A DNA stretch of 64,000 bases from Promethearchaeota archaeon (lineage in GTDB: Archaea; Asgardarchaeota; Lokiarchaeia; Sigyniarchaeales; SOKP01). Made by a program: the position numbers and the translations under genes. Positions 1-10,127 of the stretch are shown one piece after another. The stretch lies in the NCBI GenBank assembly GCA_016839705.1, contig JAEOTR010000084.1:22132-86131 (forward strand), written 5' to 3'. The notes below the pieces were generated by a model that was given only the letters and a program-made list of their open reading frames with translations, did no database searches and was not told where the DNA came from. The first letter of the stretch is position 1, and every line of letters starts with the position of its first letter.

Positions 1-609
1 GGCCTTGCTAGAAAAATAATTAATTGAATTTTTTGCTAACAATCCGTAGTCATAAGATTTAAGGTTTTTATTTTCACTATTCACGATGACATAAATAAAA
101 ATAAATACCCCTTTTATCAAAATTATAACCCCAGTTCCATATAGAACACAACCCAGAATTCCCCAACATAGGGAATCTAGAAAAATTTCATTATACTTTT
201 TTTCCTTGATTTTAGGAGCAATATACGCCCTTTCATATACTAATAAGAGGAGCCCAATCAGACCTGGTAAAAACCGGTTAAAAAGGATAAAGCTCCAACT
301 ATTTAAATTAAATGCAATTTCAGCAATTAAACCGAATGATATAAATGTGAAGAAAAACAAAGGGAGAAATGAGATTTTGTTTAAGAATTGAATCATCTTG
401 TCAAGGTTCGAAGATTCTTTCTCAGATAAAGCAATAGTGTTAGTAAATTTTCTGGTAATCGGAGTTGGTGCTGGTTTAAATTTCACACCTTCTAAATTAA
501 ATGGGGAACCACACCTCTCACAATATACTTGAATTTGACTATCTATTAAATTTGATAGTTCACTTGGAAATGAATAACCGCACTCTCTACAAATAAAAGT
601 CTTTTTCAT
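1..609 (-). CDS. Zn-ribbon membrane protein, partial (runs off left edge)
   Basis: Not in ORF track. ATG at 609 gives MKKTFICRECG...YCERCGSPF, then several hydrophobic segments; no stop before position 1. Confidence 0.8.
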   Translation of the reverse strand, partial: MKKTFICRECGYSFPSELSNLIDSQIQVYCERCGSPFNLEGVKFKPAPTPITRKFTNTIALSEKESSNLDKMIQFLNKISFLPLFFFTFISFGLIAEIAFNLNSWSFILFNRFLPGLIGLLLLVYERAYIAPKIKEKKYNEIFLDSLCWGILGCVLYGTGVIILIKGVFIFIYVIVNSENKNLKSYDYGLLAKNSINYFSSKA

Positions 610-700
610 ATATCTAAACTACACCTTGGTAATTAAATTTTAATTTGGTTGCTTTAATTTTTTTTTATATTTTTTTTTCAATTAGAAAAACATTGAAGTA

Positions 701-1177
701 TTAGGGAGTTGGAATCAATGGTTCTTGATATTTAATTAACCTTAATCCCTTCCCACAGTTAACACAATAAGCAATATTCCGTAAAAGCATTTGATTAATC
801 ATTTTTTCAGTAAATCTTTTACCACATTCAGTGCAGTATAAATTGTTATTTCTAATACTCATTGCATTCTGAAGATTATCATTTTGTGTTTGTTTCTTAA
901 GTTTTTTTTCTCCTGAAATTAAGTCATAAAATCCCTTACATAATTTATAAAATAACAGACCAATTCCCTTGAGAATATAATAGATACCCTTAAGAATATA
1001 ATAAATTAAGTATGCTATACCCTTTATAATATAATATACAAGCGTTATGATTAGTGTCAGAATTGCAATGATTCCGATAATAGATAAGATCTGTCCATAA
1101 ATAGGTTGTACCAAATACCAATTAATAAACTCATTATACCACAGAGTTAAATTGTCAATAATATCTCTCCAATCCAT
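701..1177 (-). CDS. Membrane protein with C-terminal Zn ribbon
   Basis: Hydrophobic N-half with YYILKGI-type repeats; CTECG...CVNCG. Confidence 0.75.
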   Translation of the reverse strand: MDWRDIIDNLTLWYNEFINWYLVQPIYGQILSIIGIIAILTLIITLVYYIIKGIAYLIYYILKGIYYILKGIGLLFYKLCKGFYDLISGEKKLKKQTQNDNLQNAMSIRNNNLYCTECGKRFTEKMINQMLLRNIAYCVNCGKGLRLIKYQEPLIPTP

Positions 1178-1318
1178 TTTTTATATCACATTTTATATAA
1201 ATTTATTACTAATTAACAAGCATTAAAAGATGATTTTAAAAAATTTGGGGTCCAATGTTTATAAAAAAATTGGAAATAACTGATACTAACAGAATTATTT
1301 ACAAAATGACTACGAAAT

Positions 1319-1825
1319 TCAAGTGTCTAGAATTTTTTTTTGCCAATTTATTGAGGTGACAGTCTTGTGGAGAAAGTGATCATCATCTACGATATTATAT
1401 GCTAAATTAGTAAAAAAATGTCGTGCTCTTTCTCGCGCTGGTTTATAGGGAACAGTTGAATCATTTTTTCCATGATAAACGGTTACTGGAATATCTACAG
1501 GTTTGTACATGTTTAGCTTAAGTTTACGGGACACGATAAAAGGTGCTAATAAGATTAATTGCTTAACATTAGTAGGATTTTGCAACGCATATAAAGCACT
1601 CATTAACCCCCCAAAGCTAGAACCAATTATTATCCATTGTTTTTTTGAATTTAGTATAGCGTTCAATTCAGTCATTCTATATTCTAACAATTCATACATA
1701 GTGATATTTTCATTAGACTCCTTAAAATCAGGAGTGAGAATATCGGGAAACACACTTTTTAGGAATCTACCTTTAAAACCTCGACCTGAACTTTCAAGTC
1801 CATGTATAAAAATTATATTTTGCAT
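1319..1825 (-). CDS. YqiA/YcfP-like alpha/beta hydrolase (esterase)
   Basis: FIHGLES, nucleophile elbow GSSFGG, HGKND, DDDH. Confidence 0.85.
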   Translation of the reverse strand: MQNIIFIHGLESSGRGFKGRFLKSVFPDILTPDFKESNENITMYELLEYRMTELNAILNSKKQWIIIGSSFGGLMSALYALQNPTNVKQLILLAPFIVSRKLKLNMYKPVDIPVTVYHGKNDSTVPYKPARERARHFFTNLAYNIVDDDHFLHKTVTSINWQKKILDT

Positions 1826-1862
1826 GAAATTTGACTTTAAAAAAATTTAATTTAAACTTCAA

Positions 1863-2939
1863 TCATTCAACTTCAGACTTTGAAAGATAACTATAATCTT
1901 CCTCTCTTAGTAATCTCATTTCTTTCTTATGCCCAAAATAAACCAAGATACCAAACACACTAAAATATATAATGAGAAACAATACAGTAAAGAAGTAATA
2001 CTTATAGGTAAAACTCATAAAATGCAAAGCACTCCCTAAAATAAATCCAGTAAATAACCTTGATTTAGTAGTGCTTTTCCTAAATAATAGTCTTTGAGTA
2101 CCCCAATCAATTATTGCGGGGATCGGTAAAATTATGATCAAAATTAAGGCAATCTCGTTACTGAACTGTACCTGGAAAATCCTCTCCATTAAATAGGTAA
2201 AGAACATAGAGAAAAGTCCACCAAGTATTACACCGGAACATCTTGAACAAAAGTATATTTTCGTTCTCCCAAATTTTAGGTAAAAAGTATGATCAGAGTC
2301 GGATATTGGATGATGTGTTAAAAACATATAATACAAATGCCTTTCGCTTGCAGCAAAGGTTTTATCATAAAGAAATAACAATATTGGGATTATAAAGACA
2401 ACAGAAATTAGAGCTTGAGTAAAATAATTAAAGCCATAATTGATGATCAATATTTCTAAGGTAAATTGATCTAGATAAAACAATCCTTGAAGGATGGTAA
2501 TTATTCCAGCCATGATAAAAGAGATAATAATTAAAACGACAAAGGTATAATATATTTTAATTCCCTCAAGGTACTTTGATGGCTTGTATTTATATAATCC
2601 TACTAATAATCCAAAAATAGCCACAATTAGGCACCACTCAAAGTAAATTTGATTATAAAAAGCCAATTGATAGAGAAATTCTGCCATGAAACCATCTATT
2701 AAACCATGTATAGAACCCGCTAAAACTGATAAAAATCCAAATAACAATAGTGTAATACCAAACCTAAGGATAAATCCTGGAGATTCTATAAAAATGGTTG
2801 AGATCGAGCCAAATGTCTCTGCAATATAGACATAAGAGATGATGATAAACATACTTATAAGTAGATTTAAAAAAATTAATCGAAAATAGCTATTTCTCTC
2901 TGCTTCTTGAGGAACTTCATTCAATGTAATTGAATACAC
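1863..2939 (-). CDS. Polytopic membrane protein with C-terminal DUF2085-like domain
   Basis: About 10 hydrophobic helices; THH...CSRCSG...DWGTQ...SRLFTG signature. Confidence 0.7.
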   Translation of the reverse strand: MYSITLNEVPQEAERNSYFRLIFLNLLISMFIIISYVYIAETFGSISTIFIESPGFILRFGITLLLFGFLSVLAGSIHGLIDGFMAEFLYQLAFYNQIYFEWCLIVAIFGLLVGLYKYKPSKYLEGIKIYYTFVVLIIISFIMAGIITILQGLFYLDQFTLEILIINYGFNYFTQALISVVFIIPILLFLYDKTFAASERHLYYMFLTHHPISDSDHTFYLKFGRTKIYFCSRCSGVILGGLFSMFFTYLMERIFQVQFSNEIALILIIILPIPAIIDWGTQRLLFRKSTTKSRLFTGFILGSALHFMSFTYKYYFFTVLFLIIYFSVFGILVYFGHKKEMRLLREEDYSYLSKSEVE

Positions 2940-2973
2940 TCTTAATATTTATAGCTTTCAATTTATAATCTTA

Positions 2974-3633
2974 TTAATTAAAGATAATATCAAGGTCTTC
3001 AATTAGTTGTTTTTTGGTTAACTCAAAACCTTTTCTGAGGACATTTAAAATGATTTTCTTCCCGATCGGCACGCTTAGAATACTATCATCCCGTTCAACT
3101 ATTGATATTCCCTCATCATTATAATCCAATTGGCGTTTTAAAGCTTGGTACGCCTTTTCTTTTGTTTTGAATGCTGCTCTTGACAATTCTGCATAATCAT
3201 TTATATCTTCATTAACTTTCAGTAATAAAACACTTTCTTCCACTTGTGTAATAAAACATTTCTTTGTTACTTCCTTTAAAGATGTATAATTTCGATGATT
3301 CTTCTTACACTGTCTATCGGTTTGATCATTCTCCAAGTAGACTGGAAAATTTCTATTAATAATTCTATTATATTGTTCTTTTGATATTTCCCCATTAGTA
3401 ATTAATTCCTTAGCAGAATCAAGAGTTATCTTTATTTGTTCCCGAGTTCCTACACGAGCATCTTTATCAGACCAGTATTTATAAAAAGATTTTACGATGG
3501 GTTTCACAATCACGTTTAAAATCCCACTTTCTAGTTCATCATCAATTAATGACTTTCCATAATTAAGGGAAATATCCATTTGATCCATCATTCTTCTTTC
3601 TAAGATTTTATAATTTCTCTCGATACCTTCCAT
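2974..3633 (-). CDS. Hypothetical helical protein, paralog of 3698..4360
   Basis: Start set at MEGIERNY by alignment to the neighbour's MDYLERNY; aligns along its full length. Confidence 0.75.
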   Translation of the reverse strand: MEGIERNYKILERRMMDQMDISLNYGKSLIDDELESGILNVIVKPIVKSFYKYWSDKDARVGTREQIKITLDSAKELITNGEISKEQYNRIINRNFPVYLENDQTDRQCKKNHRNYTSLKEVTKKCFITQVEESVLLLKVNEDINDYAELSRAAFKTKEKAYQALKRQLDYNDEGISIVERDDSILSVPIGKKIILNVLRKGFELTKKQLIEDLDIIFN

Positions 3634-3697
3634 GCTAATTTTTCCAAAAAGCAATATAAGAATAATTGTTAGAATTTTTCATGAGTTTAATTTTTTA

Positions 3698-4360
3698 TTA
3701 TTTTTGATTATATGTTTCATTTAGCGATTGAAAAAACTCCTTCTTTGTTTTTAAAAAACCTTTCCTTAGAGTTTTTACTATTATCTTTCTCCCCACAGGT
3801 ATTTTTAAAATAGAAAGATCCTCTTCAACGATTTTAATTCCTCTATCTGTAAAATTTAATTGTTTCATCAAATTTTCCTCAGCAACTTCTTTTGATTTAA
3901 AAGCAACTCGGCATAAATCACCGTAATCTTCAACATCATCCTTTACTTCTAGAAGCTTTATTACTTCTTTTAAATAATTTATAAACGTTTTTCTTGCTAC
4001 TTCTATTATTCTATTATAATTTTTATGCTGTTTACTACATTGTTGCGACGTTTGATCTGCTTCAAGATATTTTGGTAAGCTCTCAGTAACAATTCTATTA
4101 AAATTGTCATCAGTAATTCCATTCTTTAATAACTTTATACCCGCATCTAAAGTTAGGTTAATTTGTTTAAGAGTATTTCCTCTTACATCGTTTTGAGCCC
4201 AGTTGTCATAGAAAATTTTAACAAGCGGTTTAATTAGAAAATTCAGAAGTCCTGTATCCAATTCCTCATCAATAAGTTTTCTGCCCATTAAAATTGAATT
4301 TTCCATCTGTTGAATCATTCGTTGTTTTACCAGATGATAATTTCTTTCTAAATAATCCAA
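3698..4360 (-). CDS. Hypothetical helical protein, paralog of 2974..3633
   Basis: TTG start after GGAG; shared ERNY, LIDxEL, DQTxxQCxxxHxNY, PxGxKI motifs. Confidence 0.75.
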   Translation of the reverse strand: MDYLERNYHLVKQRMIQQMENSILMGRKLIDEELDTGLLNFLIKPLVKIFYDNWAQNDVRGNTLKQINLTLDAGIKLLKNGITDDNFNRIVTESLPKYLEADQTSQQCSKQHKNYNRIIEVARKTFINYLKEVIKLLEVKDDVEDYGDLCRVAFKSKEVAEENLMKQLNFTDRGIKIVEEDLSILKIPVGRKIIVKTLRKGFLKTKKEFFQSLNETYNQK

Positions 4361-4545
4361 TGTTTAATCTCCGAATGGTTCAAAACAAAAATATAAATTT
4401 CTAAACTCAATTAATTATTATTAAAAGAGTTCTATTCTTTTAAAATAATTTCATAAGTTTTATACTATTAATTTTATGTGTTTAAAATTAAAAATGAGAA
4501 AGAATTAATTACAACAAAAGATTGTGAAAATAAAACTTTATAAAA

Positions 4546-7500
4546 ATGCCTTATCACTTAAAGGTTTTAATCTTAGGAGATCCTGACATTATTCATTTCT
4601 ATGTGTCTAGAGCTTTTGGTGAGCCCGGAGAAGATAAAGAAACATATTTTGAATGGTATAAAGAAGTAAAAGTATTAGAAGATACATGTGCTTTAGAAAT
4701 AGATGCAATTACAAACATATCTGCTGATTTAGACGAAATACTAGACATGGTAGATGGGATCGTTTACTTTTTAAACCCTTTGAACGAGGAGGAATCTGAA
4801 TTATTTCAAATGGTTCTTCCTGACATTTTTGCCGTGAAGCGAGAAATACCCACAGTTGTTATCTTTTATGATCAAAATGGGATTCTTCCTTTATCGGTAA
4901 ATGAGCTACTAACTAATATTTGGGTCAGTTATCCAAGTCTAGAAGCTTTTGTAAATCTGAATCCAAAAGAATTTCACCAAGCGCTTCAATCTCTATGTAT
5001 GGCTATTATAAATGGGGATACTCCTTTAAATATAGAGAATGCCTGGATGAGATTTCCAATCTTTATTCAGATGGCTAACGTGTACTTTGCCAATAATAAT
5101 TACTATTATGCAGCTCAAGCTGTAAAAAAAGCTGCAGCAATTGCAGAAATTTACAATAAAGAAGAATATTATATTATATTAGACCAAGCAGCTAATCTTT
5201 ATTCAAAAATTAACTTATATTTAGAAGCCAGCAAGATCTTAGAAGAAATAGATAAAAAAAAATCACTAAATTTTAAGAAATTATATGCTGATGCCATGAT
5301 TAGAGAGGGAAATATCCATTTTAATAAACGGGAATTTGAAACCGCTGCTAAGCAATATGAAAGAGCGGGCCAATGGTTAAGTATAGAATTATTAGATAAA
5401 GAAATGGTTAGTGAGGCATTTAGATTAGCTATCAATTCTTGGATATCTGCTTGCCAAGTTGAGAGAGCCTTTAGAATCCTTGAAAATTTACCTCACGAAG
5501 AATCACAAAATATATTAAATCGCATTTCTGAAAAAATTGGAGCCGCAGCAGAATTTTTAGTAGAGGCTAAAAAGTATGAGTTAGCAAGAGAGCAATTATA
5601 CTTCGCAATAAATAAATATCAAAGAGAAGCACTTTCAGATCATCTAAAATACCTTACTGATAAATTAACTGAAATTTTAATTCAGATTTTTAAAATTCAA
5701 GTAAAAACTAATGAAATTTATGCTGCAAAATATACTTATGATGAAATTGAGAATATGTGGGATTCTTATAAAGTGGAAACAACTGATTTAGATTCAATTA
5801 TAAAGATACTAATTAATTCATTCTTAGCAAAAAATAACTTTGGAATCGCAACAGTCTTAATAAACAAATTAAATTCTTTGATGTTAAAACAAGATTTAAG
5901 CAAAATTAGTGCAGAATTAGAAGATAAATATAATGATTCAATAAAAAAAGAAATCAGGGATTATATTAAGAAAGGTGAAAAAATTCTTGCTGAGTTTGTT
6001 AAAGCTGAATTAGATATAATAACAGATATGAATAGAAATAAAATAGAAGAAGCTAACGCATTTATTACAGAGAATAAACACCTCAAAGCCGGAAATCTTT
6101 TATTGAACCAAGCGAATTACCTAAAAAAAATAGGAAAGGATGATATAACGGATCAAATCCTCACAAAATCTTTGGACACATTTTTGGAAGGTGAAATTTT
6201 CGATGAATTTTTTATTACTTTTAACAGCTTGTCAAAAGAAATGAAAGGAAAGTACTTAATCAGGATTTTTCAGGTTTTTCTTGATAAATTAAAAGGTATT
6301 GAAAAATTAGACGATTATGAAAGAAAAGAAAAAATTTTAGAAGAATCAAATCGGATTTATCGTAGCCATGAATTATATGATGAATCAAAGGAAATCAGTT
6401 TAATGTTCATAAAAAATATCAAAAAAGAAGCTTTAGTAATACTCGAAAATGAAGAAAATAGTTCTGGGATTAAAAAAGTTAATGAATTAGTAAAGAAAGC
6501 TGCTAATGTATCATCAGCTTATTTAGATAAGGAAGAAAGAGCTCAAGTAAATTTTGATGAAATATATAAGAAGATTTCCGAAATTTATATTGATTTAGAC
6601 GACTTACATTCTGCTCAAACATATAATGATAGAATTGAGAATAAAGCTTATACCAAAGAGATTCATAAAAAGATAGCTGAACTTGAAGCGGAAAAAAGTA
6701 GTGAGTGGACAAAAAAAGCAGAAGAATCCCGAGAAGAAGAGGTTTCGAAAGAAAGTCTTTCAATTATTGAAAGTAAAGCGAGAGAAGCCTTTTTAGACAA
6801 AAGTAACGAATATAAAGGAAGGAAAGCCCTAATAAAATCATATTTTCAAGAATGCTTAAATCATCTCAAAAACAACGAATTTGAAAAATCAATCTTAGAG
6901 TACAAAAATACAATCAGTCGGTTAATTAATATAAAAAAATATAATCTAGCAGGTGTTTCATTAGCAGTAGTAAGCTTATTGCTAATAAGGGAAAATAAAT
7001 TTGAAGAAATTAAAGAAATATTAGAAAAAACAAAAGAAAAACTTTCTGGATTGGATATAGAAACTTTCTCAGTTACCTTAATAGAATACATAATTCTAGT
7101 AAAAAAGTTCCAAGATAAAAACAAGGTTGACAAGGTTATTTCGCTCATGAAAAATCTCCCATTATTTGAAGAAGAATTGAAAATTCTTTATGATTATCTA
7201 GGAGAAGAATATAAGAAAGAAGGAAAAGGTGAACCAATTGAAAAAAAAAAATTGGTGGAAATAGATCAAAGATATGGTAAACTCGAATCTAAAAAGGGAG
7301 ATGCTAGAACAAGTAAGGATATTCTATTCAAGCAAAGAAAAGTAATGAGAAAACGATTATATTCAACCATATTAGAGTTATTAGAAGCGCAAGAATACGA
7401 AGCAGCGGCAACAGAATATTTACAATTAGCAAACTCACGTTTAAAAATGAAAGACTTCGGAACTAGTTCTTTAATGATACTCTTACATGGATTAAGCCTC

Positions 7501-7728
7501 TTAAAGGCAGAAGAATCTTTAAAATTAATTAAAAAGAACATAACTGATTTTTTAAATAGCCTAGGAGTTAATAAGAAATTGATTGAAGAAACATTTTATA
7601 TTATGCTTATAATGTTTATAATTGATATTAAAATATACTCTTTAGATAAGTATTTACCAAAAATTAAAGAGATGTTAGATTTACTACCGTTATTTGAGAA
7701 AGAAAATCAGCTTATAGATATCTTATAA
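4546..7728 (+). CDS. Large protein: degenerate small-GTPase-like N-domain plus TPR/SNAP-like alpha-solenoid
   Basis: N-terminal LKVLILGD...DGIVYFLN...IPTVVIF follows the Ras-fold strand pattern but has no GKT; repeated TPR-like helices (AAKQYERAG). Confidence 0.65.
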   Translation: MPYHLKVLILGDPDIIHFYVSRAFGEPGEDKETYFEWYKEVKVLEDTCALEIDAITNISADLDEILDMVDGIVYFLNPLNEEESELFQMVLPDIFAVKREIPTVVIFYDQNGILPLSVNELLTNIWVSYPSLEAFVNLNPKEFHQALQSLCMAIINGDTPLNIENAWMRFPIFIQMANVYFANNNYYYAAQAVKKAAAIAEIYNKEEYYIILDQAANLYSKINLYLEASKILEEIDKKKSLNFKKLYADAMIREGNIHFNKREFETAAKQYERAGQWLSIELLDKEMVSEAFRLAINSWISACQVERAFRILENLPHEESQNILNRISEKIGAAAEFLVEAKKYELAREQLYFAINKYQREALSDHLKYLTDKLTEILIQIFKIQVKTNEIYAAKYTYDEIENMWDSYKVETTDLDSIIKILINSFLAKNNFGIATVLINKLNSLMLKQDLSKISAELEDKYNDSIKKEIRDYIKKGEKILAEFVKAELDIITDMNRNKIEEANAFITENKHLKAGNLLLNQANYLKKIGKDDITDQILTKSLDTFLEGEIFDEFFITFNSLSKEMKGKYLIRIFQVFLDKLKGIEKLDDYERKEKILEESNRIYRSHELYDESKEISLMFIKNIKKEALVILENEENSSGIKKVNELVKKAANVSSAYLDKEERAQVNFDEIYKKISEIYIDLDDLHSAQTYNDRIENKAYTKEIHKKIAELEAEKSSEWTKKAEESREEEVSKESLSIIESKAREAFLDKSNEYKGRKALIKSYFQECLNHLKNNEFEKSILEYKNTISRLINIKKYNLAGVSLAVVSLLLIRENKFEEIKEILEKTKEKLSGLDIETFSVTLIEYIILVKKFQDKNKVDKVISLMKNLPLFEEELKILYDYLGEEYKKEGKGEPIEKKKLVEIDQRYGKLESKKGDARTSKDILFKQRKVMRKRLYSTILELLEAQEYEAAATEYLQLANSRLKMKDFGTSSLMILLHGLSLLKAEESLKLIKKNITDFLNSLGVNKKLIEETFYIMLIMFIIDIKIYSLDKYLPKIKEMLDLLPLFEKENQLIDIL

Positions 7729-7757
7729 AATTAGAATAATTGGTAGTTTTTTTAGAA

Positions 7758-8681
7758 TTAATCTACAATATTTGCGTACTTTTGCAAGTCCTTTACTCTC
7801 ATCCGCAAAGTCACTTCAGTTACACGTGCTAATTTTGAGATTTCCTTCTGGGTTCTGTTTTCATTGCTTATTTTTGAAGCGATATAAATAGCGGCGGCAG
7901 CAATTCCTTTTGGGTCCTTACCTGCTGAATTAAATCCACTCTCTCTTGCTTTATCAATCAATTTTACCGCTATATTCCTACATTGCATTGAAAGTTTTAA
8001 CTCTTCATTAAATTTATCAACATAGCGATCTGCTGAGAAGTGTTGGACTTTCATTCCTAATTTTGGGAGAACTTCCATAAGTATTAAGCGATAACTTTTA
8101 ATGACTTTCTTTTTAGGAATTTGTGCGACTTTAGTTATTTCTTCGGCAGTTCTAGGTATTCCATGAACTCTTAATGCCGCAAATATCGAGGCTGATAATA
8201 ATGTATCTATACTTCTTCCCATGGTTAATTTCTTTTTAACGGTTTGGGTATAGATTCGAAGGGCATCCTCTGCAACAGCATCCGGAATTCCTAATCTTTT
8301 CTGTAAACGTTGTAAATTTGGTAAAGCTATCCATAAATTTCTCTCATAACTGGTTGTTAAAGATCTATGGATTTTCGCTAACCGGTTAAATTTCGATTTA
8401 TATTTAGGACTTAGTAAGGTACCTCTTGCGTCTCTTGATCCTCTGATAATCGTTCTGGGACCTATAGGGCTATAAACTCTTTCACTACTTTTCCTCTTCT
8501 GAATTTCTTCTTGCGTGAAAGCTCTCCGAGGACTATCATCAAGAATTCTAGAATATACAAAACCACAGTTTAAACAAACGTAAAATCCATCTTCTTCACT
8601 AATCTTTGAATTATCACAACAAGGTCTTCCTTCCTCTCCATTCTCTTCAAAAAAATCATTATCTTCAGAATGAGACGGCAT
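7758..8681 (-). CDS. tfb: Transcription initiation factor IIB
   Basis: Zn ribbon (CLNCG), two cyclin repeats GRSIDT and GKDPKGIAAAAIY, TQKEIS...VTEVTLR. Confidence 0.95.
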   Translation of the reverse strand: MPSHSEDNDFFEENGEEGRPCCDNSKISEEDGFYVCLNCGFVYSRILDDSPRRAFTQEEIQKRKSSERVYSPIGPRTIIRGSRDARGTLLSPKYKSKFNRLAKIHRSLTTSYERNLWIALPNLQRLQKRLGIPDAVAEDALRIYTQTVKKKLTMGRSIDTLLSASIFAALRVHGIPRTAEEITKVAQIPKKKVIKSYRLILMEVLPKLGMKVQHFSADRYVDKFNEELKLSMQCRNIAVKLIDKARESGFNSAGKDPKGIAAAAIYIASKISNENRTQKEISKLARVTEVTLRMRVKDLQKYANIVD

Positions 8682-8886
8682 AATTACTTAAATTATTAAG
8701 GGATGAATATGGAATTTTCCATTTTTAGTATAAAATACATAATCTAATAAATATTTAAGTGTGATTAATAAAAAAATTAAGTTGTGAAAATTTAAATCAA
8801 AACCTTTTAACTAGTATAATAAAATTATAATAATAATTATAAAAACGAAATTACCCTATAATTATTTAAAAAAACCTTGATATACT

Positions 8887-10125
8887 ATGTCTTCTGAAAG
8901 TTCTGATATAATCGACGTGTTTTCTAAGTTTTTAGATCCGAAATTAACAAAGGTTAATAAATTACACTCAATTGATGATGTATTAAAATTACCAATTCAC
9001 TCATATAAGTTTGTAGATAAAGAAGAATCAACTATAATGAAACAGTTACTAGAGATTTCTAGTATAGGGGATGCTTCTAAACTGAATAAGGAAAATCCTT
9101 TTGAAAGTCTGATTAAAATAGAAGAATCAGACGAATCTTTAGAATTGACGGAGAACTTGAAGAAAAAGATTGAAGCGTTAAAAAAAAAATACCCAACCTT
9201 AGAAAAAACATTGAAAAAAACAATTACAATAAGCTCACTCATTTCAAGTGTTAATAAAGAAAAAGAAGGAATAGAAGTAATAGGACAAAAAGTTCTCGTG
9301 GCAGGACTCGATGAAGCAGGCAAAACCGCTACACTTTCAAAATTCGGTGGCCGACTAGGTATTACTGATACTATTGCAACACACCCAACAAGAGGAGTTG
9401 TTCGGATGAAATTTGGGAGTTCCAATTTGAACTTATACATTTGGGATCTAGGAGGGCAGGAAGAATATCGTGAAAGGTATTTAAGCAATCCAGAGCAATA
9501 TTTTATTCAATTAGATTTACTCCTCTATGTAATTGATGTGCAAAACCCAGACCGATTCGATGAATCTCTCGAATACTTTGATGGAATCCTTGATTCAATA
9601 ATAATGTTAGAAGAAAAACCTTACATTTTAATTTTCATCCATAAATTTGACCCAGATATTAAAGGGGACCCAAAGATTCAGCTAAATGTTGAACTATTGA
9701 AGGATAATTTAAACGAACTTATTAAAGGCAAGGATTATGATTTTGATATTGAGATCTATTTAACATCTATATATTCGATGATTTCCCGTGAACCACAATT
9801 TGCTAAATATCTTAAAAATCTCATGAGCTCACATTATTCCCTTACAGATCCAACAGTTAAGAAAGTTGAAGGTCTTGGAAAAACTTTAGAAGAAACTCTT
9901 AATGCGGTTATTCGTTTATCAGAAAGCATTTCTTCACAGTTAAATGATCTTGATAGTCGTCTTCGTGCCTTAGAGGCGGGTGCATTCCAAGCGGCTCAAA
10001 GTGGATTACCTTTGGAAATATCTAATCCTTCCCAAAGTACATCTAGACAAGAGGGAAATGCAAGATTAAATGTTCTCAATGAATTAAAAGATCTTTTTAG
10101 CAAGAGAAAAAGCCTAGACCTTTAA
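8887..10125 (+). CDS. Arf-like small GTPase with N- and C-terminal extensions
   Basis: G1 GLDEAGKT, G2 PTRG, G3 WDLGGQ, G4 HKFD; C-terminal coiled coil. Confidence 0.9.
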   Translation: MSSESSDIIDVFSKFLDPKLTKVNKLHSIDDVLKLPIHSYKFVDKEESTIMKQLLEISSIGDASKLNKENPFESLIKIEESDESLELTENLKKKIEALKKKYPTLEKTLKKTITISSLISSVNKEKEGIEVIGQKVLVAGLDEAGKTATLSKFGGRLGITDTIATHPTRGVVRMKFGSSNLNLYIWDLGGQEEYRERYLSNPEQYFIQLDLLLYVIDVQNPDRFDESLEYFDGILDSIIMLEEKPYILIFIHKFDPDIKGDPKIQLNVELLKDNLNELIKGKDYDFDIEIYLTSIYSMISREPQFAKYLKNLMSSHYSLTDPTVKKVEGLGKTLEETLNAVIRLSESISSQLNDLDSRLRALEAGAFQAAQSGLPLEISNPSQSTSRQEGNARLNVLNELKDLFSKRKSLDL

Positions 10126-10127
10126 AA

